A stretch of 44,078 nucleotides of DNA from Octopus bimaculoides (lineage: Eukaryota). The stretch spans positions 35,691,086 to 35,735,163 of the forward strand of contig NC_068990.1 of NCBI RefSeq assembly GCF_001194135.2, read 5' to 3'. This document shows positions 1 to 14,170 of the stretch, piece by piece; positions within the stretch are counted from its first letter, which is position 1, and every line of letters begins with the position of its first letter. The position numbers were made by a program, and so were the translations under genes. The notes under the pieces are model-generated. The model ran no database searches. It had not been told where the DNA came from and saw only the letters and a list, made by a program, of their open reading frames with translations.

Positions 1-59
<59 letters not shown>
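1..59. repeat. (AC)n microsatellite
   Basis: Pure AC run at the window start; one of dozens of (AC)n, (TA)n, (TATG)n, (TATC)n and (GA)n arrays. Confidence 0.98.
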
Positions 60-63
<4 letters not shown>

Positions 64-99
64 AACAAGAACACAAACGCATGCGCACATGAGGATACA

Positions 100-200
100 C
101 ACCTTAGAAGAGGTCACAGATGTGTTCCGAAAGATTTCTGGACAATGTACATGAGTTAAAACAATGAAATAGGAACAATAATAAACGTTTGAATAATACT
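100..200 (+). mobile_element. Repeat with a degenerate hammerhead-like motif; same family as 16230-16273 and 16434-16510
   Basis: Shares cacagatgtg..gaaagattt..ggacaatg(t/c)acatgagtta with the copy at 16434. Motif reads TAGAAGA-ggtcacagatgtgttcc-GAAA-gatt-TC, with the core mutated from CTGANGA. Confidence 0.6.
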
Positions 201-1878
201 TTACAAAGCAGGGAGAATGTTGAATTGCTATGCCTTGCTGTGAGCACATGTCGAAATATTTCTAAATATTGCGGACTTGCATGGGTTTGTGGATGAATTA
301 TAGGCGTGTATCCCATTCATTATGAACAGGGAATAAATTTAAATAAGGGCATTTAGACATAAAACGTACGTGTGAAATTCCATGAAAATAAATTTATCGT
401 AAATGAAATGTACTTGTGACCAGCATGTATGTATAAAATATTCGATGCCATATACACGACAAATATTGAAAAAAAGAGATACCGAAATCTTGGATAATAA
501 ATTTGTAGCAAAAATGCGTTTGCAAATTAAAACATAAAAGTAACAAAGAGATTTTTTACTATTGTTTCCAGCTGCCGTAAACATCATATTAAATGAACGC
601 ACACGAGTGTGTGTGTACTTTTGTGTGTATGCGAGCAACAGTATTTATTTAGGCCTAATTATTGAAAAGCTGCACTCAACGTTGACTTTATAAAATGATA
701 TTTCTACATTCGTACACGCTGATACGGAATCACTTCACAAACACATTTATTTGTCTATCTATCTGTCTATTTATCTATCACATACACACATACATGCACA
801 AATACACACGCACACACACATACACACGCGCACACACATATAAATATGTAAACATATATGCACATTTAAATATATATATATGTGTGTATGTGTGTCTATG
901 CCCGAGTATATATATATATATATGCATATACAATCACACACACACAGTATAGCAAGATTCAACGATCTAAAAAGCAGATAAATCCATGTGTACGATTAGC
1001 GTAATAATATTGTATTTCTTTATCATTTCAAACATTTTATGATTGCAAAATCTCATTTATATATTTGAAAATAACCAGTTTCAGCATCCACTCTCAAATT
1101 ATCTGTTTGTAATATGGATAATGCTGATGTATGCATATGAAATATTGATATGATACTGTGTGATGTACCAACTTATATCTCTACATAGATGTACGCTAAA
1201 TATATTTTGCAGAACACCAAAAGTGGCTGACGTTGACTTCGTAATTTTTCTAAATATTTATGGTTAGCGTCATCTCATTGATAGATTCACTCAGCATGCT
1301 GCGCGTAAATGAACCCACATATATTGACTTCGTACCTATATATGCGTATGTGTCTGATTGTGATATATTTATACACACACACACACATGCTTACATACAT
1401 ACATATATATATATATATATTTATATATATANNNNNNNNNNNNNNNNNNNNNNNNNNNNNNNNNNNNNNNNNNNNNNNNNNNNNNNNNNNNNNNNNNNNN
1501 NNNNNNNNNNNNNNNNNNNNNNNNNNNNNNNNNNNNNNNNNNNNNNNNNNNNNNNNNNNNNNNNNNNNNNNNNNNNNNNNNNNNNNNNNNNNNNNNNNNN
1601 NNNNNNNNNNNNNNNNNNNNNNNNNNNNNNNNNNNNNNNNNNNNNNNNNNNNNNNNNNNNNNNNNNNNNNNNNNNNNNNNNNNNNNNNNNNNNNNNNNNN
1701 NNNNNNNNNNNNNNNNNNNNNNNNNNNNNNNNNNNNNNNNNNNNNNNNNNNNNNNNNNNNNNNNNNNNNNNNNNNNNNNNNNNNNNNNNNNNNNNNNNNN
1801 NNNNNNNNNNNNNNNNNNNNNNNNNNNNNNNNNNNNNNNNNNNNNNNNNNNNNNNNNNNNNNNNNNNNNNNNNNNNNN

Positions 1879-1912
<34 letters not shown>

Positions 1913-2763
1913 TATAATGTGTATATATTTTCATGCGTGCCAAGGTTTATATATGAATGGTAATATCCATAGTATATGCTCGCTTGTGTGAGTGAGTGTG
2001 TTTCTCTCTCTGCCCTCCCCCTCTCTCTGCTTGTGTGTAAGTATGTGTTTGTGCGTGAACATATGGAAACCTATGTTTGTTAGAAATATTGCATGTCACT
2101 CGAATTTAAGCGAACACCTTATTGTGATGTTGAAGGAATTTAAGATAATCAAATAATTATAATTACATTTCTGTATGAAAGTATGAAAGAATACATTACA
2201 ACGACAGTCTAATTCAAGAAATTCTTTGATTCATGAGCAAAACGAAGGAACTTTTGAAGCTTTTATTGAAGGATAAGCAAGTTTTATATATCACTGTATC
2301 TCGTAAATTGTCACAAACAATTATTGTGTTAATACATTTGCTTGCAATTCTCTTTCCCATATTGTTTTTCTGTGAGTTTTCTAGTTTCTTCTTTTTATTC
2401 ATATGATCTTACTATTTGTGATTGGCTTATTTCAAGCTTGTGTCATTAATTTTGTGTGCAGCGAGACTTGTTATGTACACATAAACATAATACAGATTTA
2501 AATACATACTTGGACACACGCACGCACACACACACATACACATCCACACTCACACACAAGCACACACGCACATATGCATTATTCATATATATATACATGT
2601 GTATATGCGTGTTAGTCATACATTCAATCACATGTTTGTTTGTATATATTTATACGTATGAGTGTATTTATGTGTGCGTGTGCATGTGTGTATGTGTGTG
2701 TGTGTTTGTCCTTGTGTCTATGTTTCTGCCTCTGTCTCTGTGTTTTTCTTAAACAAGACTGTT

Positions 2764-2844
2764 GTTGAGAGTGACTTCGAAGTTTCTCCTAGTTAAGCCA
2801 TCGTCGATGCTTTACTTTCCAAAATCTCCGAAGTCACTGTCAAC
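2764..2844. repeat. Short fold-back (mini inverted-repeat) element
   Basis: gttgagagtgacttcg (2764-2779) pairs with cgaagtcactgtcaac (2829-2844) at 15/16 positions. There is an inner hairpin aagccatcg-t-cgatgctt. A related single arm, gtgacagtgacttcgg, lies at 41566-41581. Confidence 0.75.
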
Positions 2845-2970
2845 CAGATTCTTGTTTAAGATTAATGAATTTGTATTCTGTAAAGTATACAAAAACCCAT
2901 CAATTTAATGCAAAATTTATCATACCCGAACATACGAACAAACATTGACCATATATTTATAAATGTATAA

Positions 2971-3011
<41 letters not shown>

Positions 3012-3429
3012 TATATGTGTGTGTGTGTGTGTGTGCGTGTAAATATAATTTCATATATATATCTTTATATGTATTTCCACGTACATATTTCATATGTAGT
3101 CCGTAAAATTTGTTTGATAAACTACCAGCCCCACATCATCAGTTAACAAATAGGTTGAGAATTATAAAATGAGGTAAAGATACAATAAAATTAACAAAAC
3201 GTGCCTTCTGTCTTCAAGTTGTTTCTACTTACTCCACCTATGTTAAACCTTTTTATGAACCTGAAGCTACAAAAATGCATCATTTCTGTGGCATTTGTGT
3301 GACATCTCCCCCGCCACAATTGAATATCAGCCTTTTGTAACTCTGAGAATTTTCAGCCTCAAGTTACATTCCAGGAGTTCTCAGACTTTTCCGGAGAGAT
3401 GTTTGTTAATTTCAAAGGAGCAGAAAATT

Positions 3430-4070
3430 CTAATCTCCCTTAAAAAAAGATAGTCTGTTTTCAGTGCACTTATCGTAGTTCTCTTGCCTTTTAGTGAGCA
3501 ACCCATGGACGCACTCCAAACTGGAAATATTCAAGACCTTTGTTACAACCAGCTTTATATTAGAAACGGCTCCCTTCTAGGTTCCCTTTTAACTGATAGA
3601 AAGTCCAAAAGTCAAAGGGAGCGTGGTTAAGACAGTAGGGAAAGTGAGGTACAGTTTTGAAACCCACCTGAGATAAGTAGTTTGCTGAGCACCCTGAGAA
3701 CAAACTGTGTACAAATTTTGCACGTACAATTGCCACAATTTCGTGTTTAGTCTTTAAAGACAAACAATTGTCTTCATCCAGAAAATTGCGAGTTCTCTCA
3801 AACAGGCTGACATTTTGTTGTCCCTCTCCTCCCATACGACTCATCATGTACCCAAGCCTCTCTACCGTCCTTGACATTCTTGTGCTAGCAAAAAAGCTAA
3901 TCTACCATCTAGGGCATTTCATAAATTGCTGTTCCATTTTTGCCTCGATAAACACAAGACTTTATGGCATAGCGAGCTTCCAAACATCTATACTGCTTTC
4001 TGCAAGCTAGTCAATTCTAACATGTATTTAGTAGGATGTGTTCAAGGTGCTGTTATAGCTGTCACGTTCA
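3430..4070 (-). pseudogene. Decayed mariner-family transposase (catalytic/C-terminal part)
   Basis: One minus frame reads SQVGFKTVPHFPYCLNHAPFDFWTFYQLKGNLEGSRF*...YFQFGVRPWVAH*KA. This matches the mariner motif (V/L)PHPPYSPDLAPSDFWLFPKLK..LRGRRF and the C-terminal FFQ.GI..LV.RW. It has several in-frame stops. Confidence 0.8.
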
Positions 4071-4885
4071 ATCTGGAATATCAAAAGACATGTCAGTTAT
4101 TTTTAAATGTATATTAATGATGTACTAAAATCGCAATAAACAACGACACTTATTACTATCTCTCCTAAAAGTGTCTCTAAACTTCCTGAATGCACATCGT
4201 TTTAGTAACTAATAAGACTCCCTGAATGACGAGGCAGAATTTCAACAAGGAATGTAATCATGTCTTGAATGAGACGGCAAAATCACAGATTCTTCTTCGT
4301 GCGCCTATAACTATGCAAGTATATATATATTATATAGGTACATACGCAAATTATCCCTGCTATCAAACAAGACCACTTATTCCTCAGCTTTGGTTTGACC
4401 ACTATGTCTTATATGTGCTAGCTTGGTGAATGTTAAAATTATGTTTTATGTGAGAAAGAGGTCCACACGTATCAAAGCCTATCTCTCGAAATCACACAAT
4501 ATTTTTAGTTGCAAGATAAAGAAAGGACAACTGAGCTTGTGTGAGAATGCAGAAGATTGCAAAAATAGCTGAAAGGATCTCCACTTATCGTTATCCTCTT
4601 TCAAAATAATATGTGTGCAGGTCATAAAAAACCATTTCTTATGTTTGTGCTACATCGTGACTTCCAGCCTGACAGCATGTCATATTCCCACCTGCATCAG
4701 TTGATTTTGAATTACCTACATTTTCTATGCTTCATTTAAATGAAATGAATGCACGCTATGCATTTATGTGTATATATATAATACATACATACATACACAA
4801 ATACATACATACATACACACTCATACACGTACATCCATACATACACACACACATACATACATACATACATACATACATATGTGCG

Positions 4886-4917
<32 letters not shown>

Positions 4918-5005
4918 CATATATGTATGTATGCATGTATGTATGTATATATATATATATATAGATATATATGTGTGTGTGCATATATATGTGTGTATAT
5001 GCACG

Positions 5006-5036
<31 letters not shown>

Positions 5037-6548
5037 TCGCATCCGGGCATATGTACACATGCTGTTTCATAATTTTTTGTCCACAGAATGTAATGCATAA
5101 TATTAAATTTATTCTTTATATAATCTTATTCATGTGTGTCATATTGACAACATATGATTTTCAACTGATAATACACTTTTAGTATAAGTGTGATTTCGTA
5201 CTGGTTAGTATCTGTAAAGATGTGTAATCCTGTGTTTGTGTATAAGTTTGTCACTCTTTTATAATTAATGGTATTTACATCATCTCATAACAACCATGGA
5301 AATAATAATTTACATAGGGTACATACAAATCTGCAATGCCACATTCATCTTTAGAAAACAAGAAAAAGATGCAAGATGGCTTTCGCAACCGCTTCGTCAT
5401 ATTAATCTAGAAGAATGTATAAAATTAGCGCCATTTTCACATCTCTCTGCCCATTTGTCAAAATAATACGCTTAGTCATAGAATTCAGAGAGCTCAATTC
5501 TTGAAACCAGAGTGAAGCCGGTAATCTTTAGAAATGAATAAATTTTATTGAAATAAGGAAATAATTGCTATACAGTGAAGAGAAATGGGAATGATTTATG
5601 TGATATCAATAAAAGATACTTTCAACTCGTACATTAGATCAGAGTGATAAGTTTACCTCCCCTTAATATGTCATTTTCTTAATGTATTGAATGGTGTCCA
5701 TAATAACGTTACTAGTGGCTTAAAAAAATGCGCAACGTGTGTTCGCGCGAGCTTGTATGTGTAGGCGTGTATGTATATGTATGTGTGTGTGGAGAGAGAG
5801 AAAGAGAGGGAGAAAGAAAAAGGGAGTGAGCGAGAAGGCGAAGGAGTATGTGTGAGAGAGAGATAGAGAGAAAGCGAGAGAGAGAGTGAACGTGACTGAA
5901 AACGAATAACGGTGGTAATAAGATACATCAAACACATATATGTGTATGTCTGTATGTGTATATCACTGTATACCATACCCACTAGTTGCAGTATGAATTT
6001 CTCTCTCCCTAATACCATAAATTGACAGATTCTTAATCCGTGCCTTATTTAACTCTACTATAGGGAATATGCTGTATGGATACTAACCAGCTTGATGTAA
6101 GCTTTCATATACATTTCGGAATAAATTATCTCAGCCTAGGAGTAATCCAACGTCAGCAAAAGGATTAACAACCATAAATAAATACCCCGTTGTTCATCCT
6201 ACAGGAGAATTGTTTTTACAGTGTATATGAAATACAGATTAGCTATTTTAAAACTCGTTTTGTGAATAAGGGTTTCTCTCCTGTCTATTATAATATTCTC
6301 CATTGCTATGAATGGCAATTATCAACGAAATCTTGGACTGAATAAATCATTTCCTATACATCAATCAATTGACTGAGTAAATCGATTTTATACACCTATG
6401 TTCCGTATCACAGATTACTGTCAATATTAGGAAGTTAATTAAAATGTCGTAAGAATTTAATATATATAATGTGCACTAATTAAATGGCAAAGAAACAGCA
6501 CAAAGAACGTAACACAAGCTGATATTTATTGTGTTATTTAGATACGTA

Positions 6549-6743
6549 AGGCGGCGAGCTGGCATAGTCATTAACACTCTGGACGAAATGATTAGTGTCG
6601 TTTCGCCCGTTGCTCCGTTCTGAGTTCAAATTTCGGCGAGGTTCACTTTGTCTTTCATACTTTCGGGATGGATAAGTACCAGTAATTGGCCCATCTTCTC
6701 CCCTAAAATTGTTGCCCTTGTGGCAAAATTTGAAACCATTATT
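6549..6743 (+). mobile_element. tRNA-derived SINE, family A (GGCGGCGAGCTGGCA head)
   Basis: A-box-like TGGCATAGTCA at 6560-6570 and B-box-like GAGTTCAAAT at 6622. The body and tail are shared with copies at 19930-20010, 26115-26270 and 27472-27596. Confidence 0.8.
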
Positions 6744-6896
6744 TAGATACGTCTTCAGAAGGTCATTAAATATATTTTTGTCGTTATTTTGTTCTTATTT
6801 TCAGTTGTTCACCTGTGTAGTGCTAAGGCTACATCTTAAATAGATTACATCGCGAATTCTTAGGTGCTTCTCTACCTGATAAATACATATATGCAT

Positions 6897-6930
<34 letters not shown>

Positions 6931-7449
6931 ACATACACTGGCGGTTATCTTCTCGAACAGTGTATATATATATAGTTTACTGTGCCCTTAAGTTAAAATT
7001 TTAGAAAAAATTACATAAATTATGATGTAAGCATTCTACCACATTACTTAATTCCAGATACGAAATTTTCACAAAATGTAAGCATAGAGACAAATTTCTT
7101 TTGATGAACTGGACTGAGCAGGTGTATCGCAGGTTTTGGCCCCTTTTTCCGTTTATTTATTCTACAACTGGTTTAATTATGGCTTTTTCGGTCAAGAGAG
7201 ATGTAACTCTAAATTTCTCTTCTTTTCTTTTCTTTTTCTGTTTTTATTCACATTTCCACTTTTTGCATCAATTTTTTTTTTCTCGGGATTTTTTGAGTAC
7301 TACTGTCCTTGAATTCCAAATAGAATAGAGTATGTAGTCACAGCCCAAATATTGCCTGGAGATATAAGTCATGTTATAAAAACCTCTCTGCAAAGGTGTC
7401 TCGAAAGATGAACGTACCTTTATACTGAGGTACATTAACTTTATCTTTA

Positions 7450-7504
<55 letters not shown>

Positions 7505-9170
7505 GTATATATATATTTATATATGTATATATATATACATATATATATATATGTATATATATATGTACGTATCTATGCGTGTGTATACTTGTGCATGGGC
7601 GTATGTGTGCCTGGTGGTGTTTATTTTTATGTGAACCTGTGTGTGTATATTTGTATCTGTATGTTTGTATGTCTCTATGTTTGCATGTATATGTGTGGTT
7701 GTTTAAATATATGTGAATGCATTCGTACACACACTTTACTAACTCTTTCTCATTACATCTTTTATACACCTATTTACATATTTCTGCTATTCTTCCTTAT
7801 AACAACCGTAATCTCATCACTATAGTCGGTTCTCAAAATATTGTAAAACTTGTTTTTATCTTTCCTGTTTTTTTTTTTACTTTGTCAGTTACACATGTTT
7901 GTCTTGTTTCTTGCGAAGGCTGTTACAGACAATACGAAAAGAGAACGTTTATTTTTTTTTTTTGTATTCTTTATAATGAAATCCACCGTTCTCGTCTTTT
8001 ATGGATGCACATATGTGATACTGAAAATCCCAACTCAATTTACTCCACTAATTCTATAGTGTTGTGATTCTCTCCCTGTAAACCAAGCGATAACATTATA
8101 CAATCGATTAGTATTTGCTGTATTGCAGAACTGTATTTAAATGCTTGCAATCGTGATTATAGCTTGGAGGTAGCCTTTGTTGAAAGGGCCAACAAAATAT
8201 TTATCTCACACTCGTGAGGAAGTAGTGGATGCACAACGCAAACATAATTACGATGTAGCAAAGGGTAAATAATGATATCTCATTTGGACATGAATTCATA
8301 AAAGTATATACGAATATGTAGGTAATGTCAATGTTCTGGAGTTTCTACAATGATCAGTCCATAAAAGAAGGATGCACTTCTCGTAAAAATCGAAGCAAAA
8401 CGAAAATAAAACAGTAACTGCAAAGTTTCCGTGAAACATATCACACACACTAGAGTGGTTGCCACGAAATTGCTCAATAAAGCCATAATTAGCACATCAC
8501 CAGTTCAATCAGTTTTGCATTTCAACAACATTCATAATTGAAATTGCTGAAGAACAGGGCAAAGAATACCACTATTCTTAAGGTCACGTGATTTCGACCG
8601 TCTTTGGTTTTTTCAACGATTGACGCTGGACCGCTAGGGATAGCAGCGATTTATCATCTCCCAGTTATATATAGAATAACAGAGTCAGAACAGACGCTAG
8701 TGTTGCTATAAGCTTGTTAAATGAATATTTATTAGTGACAGAGAAAGTATTAATACCAAGAGGTATTTTGCACTAAAAGTCAGGATGAGAGAAACTGTCA
8801 TAGTAACTACTGCAGTAAAATTTCCTCATAACAGAACTTGCACGATTAAAGTGGGCATAAATATTACCTCGCGGCATTCATACAGCCTCCGTTGGTGTTT
8901 CTTACTATATTGGGAAGTATAAGGTTAGATGTAAAATCATATAAAGTGAAAATTTCCAAATATTTATATTAACTCACACACTTAACACATTTAATTCAGC
9001 TATACTAGAATATAGTTATTTCTAAACGGTCGATCTCTTAATTGTCACTCTAATAGTACTGTCAGCAGTGAATTAATATTTACGTCCATTGCAGGTACTT
9101 CCAGACAAAATAGGCATATAAATCATAATTCCATATGTCGGTATCTTTTATATATATAATATGTAAATAA

Positions 9171-9203
<33 letters not shown>

Positions 9204-9856
9204 NNNNNNNNNNNNNNNNNNNNNNNNNNNNNNNNNNNNNNNNNNNNNNNNNNNNNNNNNNNNNNNNNNNNNNNNNNNNNNNNNNNNNNNNNNNNNNNNN
9301 NNNNNNNNGTGTGTGTGTGTATGTATGTATGTATGTATGTATGTATGTATATATATATAATATGTAAATGTAAGATCCAAAGATCAAGGTCTAGGAAGAT
9401 AGTAAACTTCGAACAGTCCGTAGAAGGGTATGAAAAATCTTTCAGGAACTATGTATATATATATGCTGGGAGAGAGAAAACTGTGTATAAATGCTTGTAT
9501 GTAGTGAAAACGGGAAAGAAAATGACTGAGACTAAATGTAGTTCTGGAGACCTTTTCTTCTAATCGTTTTGTATTTGTAGACACATTCACAAACTTTTGT
9601 AGAGATATCATAGATGTGTCATTCCATAACTTTGCCTACCACAAAATTCAGTATTTCCCACTGAAACAATTGAATTCTTTCGGATCCAGTAGGTTAATAT
9701 CTACCAGATATTCCAAAATATCATGCGCTAATATTGAACCCAAGATCACATTGTTGAGAGCGAAACATTATATGTTCGTGTTTTTTTCTAAATACATGCA
9801 AATCACATGGAGTGCCTGTGCGCGTGTTTGCATGTATGAGTATGCGTACGTCTGTC

Positions 9857-9905
<49 letters not shown>

Positions 9906-11220
9906 ATGCCTCTCTCTCTCTCTATATATATATATATACATGCATACGCATATACACGCACTCGTATATATATATACATATATACACATGTATATATGTG
10001 TGCATGTGTGTGTTCGTGTGTGTAAGTGTGTTTGTAAACACACAAAATATATGTATAAAATGAACATAAATAATTTATTTATTCGTATAAGCACACACAG
10101 ACACATACATACATATTTGCAAATATAAACGTACATCATATACGCTCAAGTGAGCACAAAGATAGACTCGACGGATGTTTCAAGTATAAACACCAATCTA
10201 CATGTGATTAATCTATTGAATTTATATGCAGGTTATTATGAAGTTAAACTCGGGAATTACACACAGCTTCTGATCATGCATAGATTTCGTAATTTGATTT
10301 TTTACCCAAGGTGATTAGATTAAAGTATGTTCGGCATGACTACTCGTTCAAGCTAAGACGTTCGTTTTGGTTATAATTACATTATAACAGCCACGTGTCT
10401 TTTCTAAAGACAGGCCTCACGCTAGCACTTCAGCAACAACTGCACTGTTTATAACGCTACTGGTAATAATAATAACCTTGAATGTTAATCAGCATGGTTA
10501 TATTTGCGAAAGCAAATAACAACAACAATAACAGCAAAACAGGATATAGTCACCGATATTTGTGGATATTTTATGTCTTAAAGAAGTGCCAAATGGAGGA
10601 AATGTTCATGCACGTCAAAATAAGATAACTAAATATTTCCACATAGAAATAGGCGAATATTAAATACTTCAGTAGTCTTCAAGTATCGTATAGCATTAAC
10701 TTGATGCTCAAAAATGCTAGGATCATTACCGAGTAAGGCACTGCTACATTTCATCACATTCTACGACTGTTACAGAAGAAACTACACATGTATGAATTAG
10801 GACACTACAAAGAAACTAGTATTTGGTGTTTCCATCTTCAAATAGTAGCCATTTCCTTCTAGTGATATTCAACTTGATAGAAAATGTTTATTATGCATAT
10901 CAAAAAGACATTACGATAACACGAGATTTAAAGGGACATTACTCATTAAATATCTCATCTATCAAATGGGGTTTGTAGACGCGAATTTTAATCTCAAATT
11001 GAGGATGTCTTGTCAATCACAAGTGTAACATCTCCAGCTAATACAGTGAAAGTTATTGGCTCTTTCCCTAACCTAATTATACACTATTGCTGTAAAGCCA
11101 ACTCACACCCAACACACCTAGTCGTACGCACAAGAACTCAAATACACTTGCATATATATGTGTGCGCAGTAATAGTGCGTAATTAGGTTACGCATGTGTG
11201 AAATGTAAATCTTGGTGTAT

Positions 11221-11323
<103 letters not shown>

Positions 11324-12129
11324 GTGTGTGTGTGTATGTGTATCATTTGCATATGTTTGTGCATATATATATATAAAGAGAGACAGAGATAAAGAGACCG
11401 ACGGACAGACACACAGGGTATTGACGTTAGAGATTCTCAAATTCTTGTCTAAAGTACACATTTATATATTTTTATTCTTCTCATGTTCTTTCTATAGAAT
11501 ATTTAAATTAACCACTCGGAAAGCATTGCATATTCACACTAAAACCCGACATAGAGGATTAGGATAAGTCATAGGACACTTACGACCTCTGTTTCCTGCC
11601 TAGTTGATTAGAAAGTGATTCGCTAGTCATGCATTCTCAAAATGCGATTTTGTCACTACAAGTGGGCGGACAGCGCTAGAGCTCAAATATACGCATATGA
11701 CATCTAGCACAAACATAATTTCCGTGTGCAGATAAAACTGATAACAGTGATCAGTGCATCCACATCTATTCTTTACTTCACGTGACCTTGTTATTAAACA
11801 GTGTGTTTTGTGTATAGAATTATCAGTGCATTATTCATATGCAATATTTAGAAAACGCTATCAGGGATATGCATGTCTTTTTTTTTTAATGATAAATAAG
11901 ATGGTTCGATTAGAATAATGTTAAAGTAAACCATACCAGCATCAAATTACATCTCAAATATCCAAATTCTATGAAAGTTTTAAAACTGAAACACTTTTCC
12001 ACAGGTACCAAAATGTATGCATAACTCAACCGACCTCTAATCAAATGTATTTCAGGTGTAGAATGAAACTCACACCGTTTTGAGCATTATTCTAACTATG
12101 CCACTTGCCTTATGTATGAGAGCATATGT

Positions 12130-12390
12130 ATGAGATTCTGTGTAACTATAAGGATATATATAGCTGCTTGACAAAGGGTACTTCGGCCAATCGCAGAAAC
12201 ATTATTGCATGCAAATACATCGGCCGCGTTTATTTCATATATCGGATGCATTATTCTATTGCTGTAATTTGTAAATCGGTTAATTTTACACACGCAGAGA
12301 GAACAACAATTTAAATAATTAGTCATTCTGCATCGTTGCTCCACCTTTTGAGAAATATAAGCCATATTTTCCATCAAATGACACCTTGCC
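12130..12390 (+). pseudogene. Decayed Tc1-like transposase fragment
   Basis: One frame reads ACKYIGRVYFIYRMHYS...*...NISHIFHQMTPCHL. This resembles Tc1 GVGRL.F.EG.MN and FIFQQDNAPCH. It is highly diverged. Confidence 0.45.
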
Positions 12391-13329
12391 ACCTTAAAAA
12401 GAAAAAAGGAAAAAGAAAAGACGAAAGATTGTATACTGCAAAGTGGGTTACCCAATTTCAAAAACAATTTCAAATATAGGTCAGTGTTGATTTAGCCTTG
12501 GGTATCAGTGACAGTAACTACAAGATCAAATGCTTAATTCTTAAAACTAATAACAAATTAAATCTTACAAGAGTAATATCCCCAAAATCAAATACTCTAT
12601 CAGTGATAGATATGGAAATAAAAAAACCTAATATGAATAGATGAATAGAAATTTTACTTTGAGTCAAAATCCATAATAGTATTGAATTAACGGACATCTA
12701 TAAAAATGTATTTAAACCGTAATTCAAACGATCGGGAAAAAATGAATAATTTTCATAATATAAAACCCAAGTGATAAGATCAAAATATTTGTTATTAAGG
12801 ACAAATTTGGATACGTCATAAAAATTTAACTAGTTATTTATGAGAGAAAATTTAAAGGCACTACAAAATCTAGAACTTTTCACCTCAGAAAAAGTTAATA
12901 AAAATATATTTAAAATCGATATAACTGTTGTTGTATGGCTGAAATTTAGACTTGATCACGGTTAGACCTTCCAACAATCATCACCAATTTTGTTTTTTCA
13001 TTATTTCCCACTCTCAGTGTATCCACGACTACACTTATCCTTTTTTCATGTTTTTGCAAACCAGCATTTTGTATTTTTAGGCCCAGTGCATCATAGATTG
13101 TTTTCATAGTCAGCTTGCATTACCCAAAATGATATTTCAGCTTTAACATTTTCGTTTTCGTTCCTGCTATAAAAAGAAAACATCTCAGATTTTATCTCTC
13201 CACGGTTTCATACCGCATAATTCTCTGTGCAAGCTGTTAGTTTGTTTGCTTCTGTGGGTCTAATTAGTATGGACAAAATGGAGGCCCTACTGTAGAGACA
13301 CAACACACCTTGACAGATATTAGTTACGT

Positions 13330-13600
13330 CATCTATGAAGACTTGGAGCTGAAGAACCGAAGTATTCAGTCTTGAAATGCTAACGTATTTAGGGATGCTT
13401 GAACACTGTATTTAGCTGTTGAGTTTTCTTAACTTTGAATCGACGTCGACTGCTTCCCACGTATTTCCCTGTATTCCAGTTCGGTGTACTATCATTTGTA
13501 CCAAACTCTATCAAATGCACGTGCATTGTTAAAAAAAACATAAGATATGCATTCTGGAGAACCACAAAGTAGTTTTTTCCATGAGTGAGAGAATTTAAAG
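13330..13600 (+). pseudogene. Decayed mariner transposase fragment
   Basis: L*IDVDCFPRISLYSSSVYYHLYQTLSNA aligns without gaps to mariner PHPPYSPDLAPSDYHLFRSLQNA over that motif. There are multiple stops. Confidence 0.5.
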
Positions 13601-14135
13601 TGTCAGGTCTCCTAGGGTTCGGTTCAAAAATGAAATGCACAATATTTATGCATTGTTTGTAACACGGTTTATCTTTAAACTACGGATTGCAGTACGTTAC
13701 TAAAAATGCTGAATAATTATATGCAGAAATTTCATATGCAGAAATTACAGAGATAATTATCCAACAGTTTGAGATTACACCACAAATAAGTAATATTTAT
13801 TAAATACAAGTAAGAATGTCTAGTAGTTCCAAAATCCTCTCCTTCAGGACTCTCACAGGAATTTCATCAGTCTGGCAATTTCATCGGGTTTACTATCCAC
13901 AGTTATCTCTGTGATTATTATTGTTCTTTTTAAGAGCACAAGCTCACACAAGAAGGTAACCAGTTCCGTGGAAACTAAATGTCATCCGAAGGAACATGGC
14001 ATTTTTCCACAAATGTCTGACAGAAAACAGTGACTTGACCTTTTGCCGTTGTCTTTATTGTCGCATTAACCTCAAAATCAGAGTCGTGAGGGTTGATCTG
14101 TTCTTTCAGAGACCTAAAGAAAGACTGAGATAGAT

Positions 14136-14170
<35 letters not shown>

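Noticed and set aside
5372-5405. Minus-strand ATGACGA-a-gcggttgc-GAAAGCC hammerhead-like motif
   Set aside because: C3 is absent, there is no U16.1, and no convincing helix I; within chance expectation.
8214-8250. GTGAGGA-a-gtagtggatgcacaac-GCAAAC hammerhead-like motif
   Set aside because: Both core halves deviate, and there is no helix III or cleavage triplet.
12060-12395. Strong minus-strand splice-acceptor-like tract followed by GGKVSFDGKYGLYFSK
   Set aside because: The frame stops soon after, no protein is recognised, and the plus strand is better explained as a Tc1 relic. The pyrimidine tract is a simple A-rich run.
12900-13180. Minus-strand peptide with Cys/Trp spacing (CTGPKNTKCWF, GDDCWKV)
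   Set aside because: It has multiple stops and fits lectin, furin-like or mariner motifs equally poorly; not assignable.
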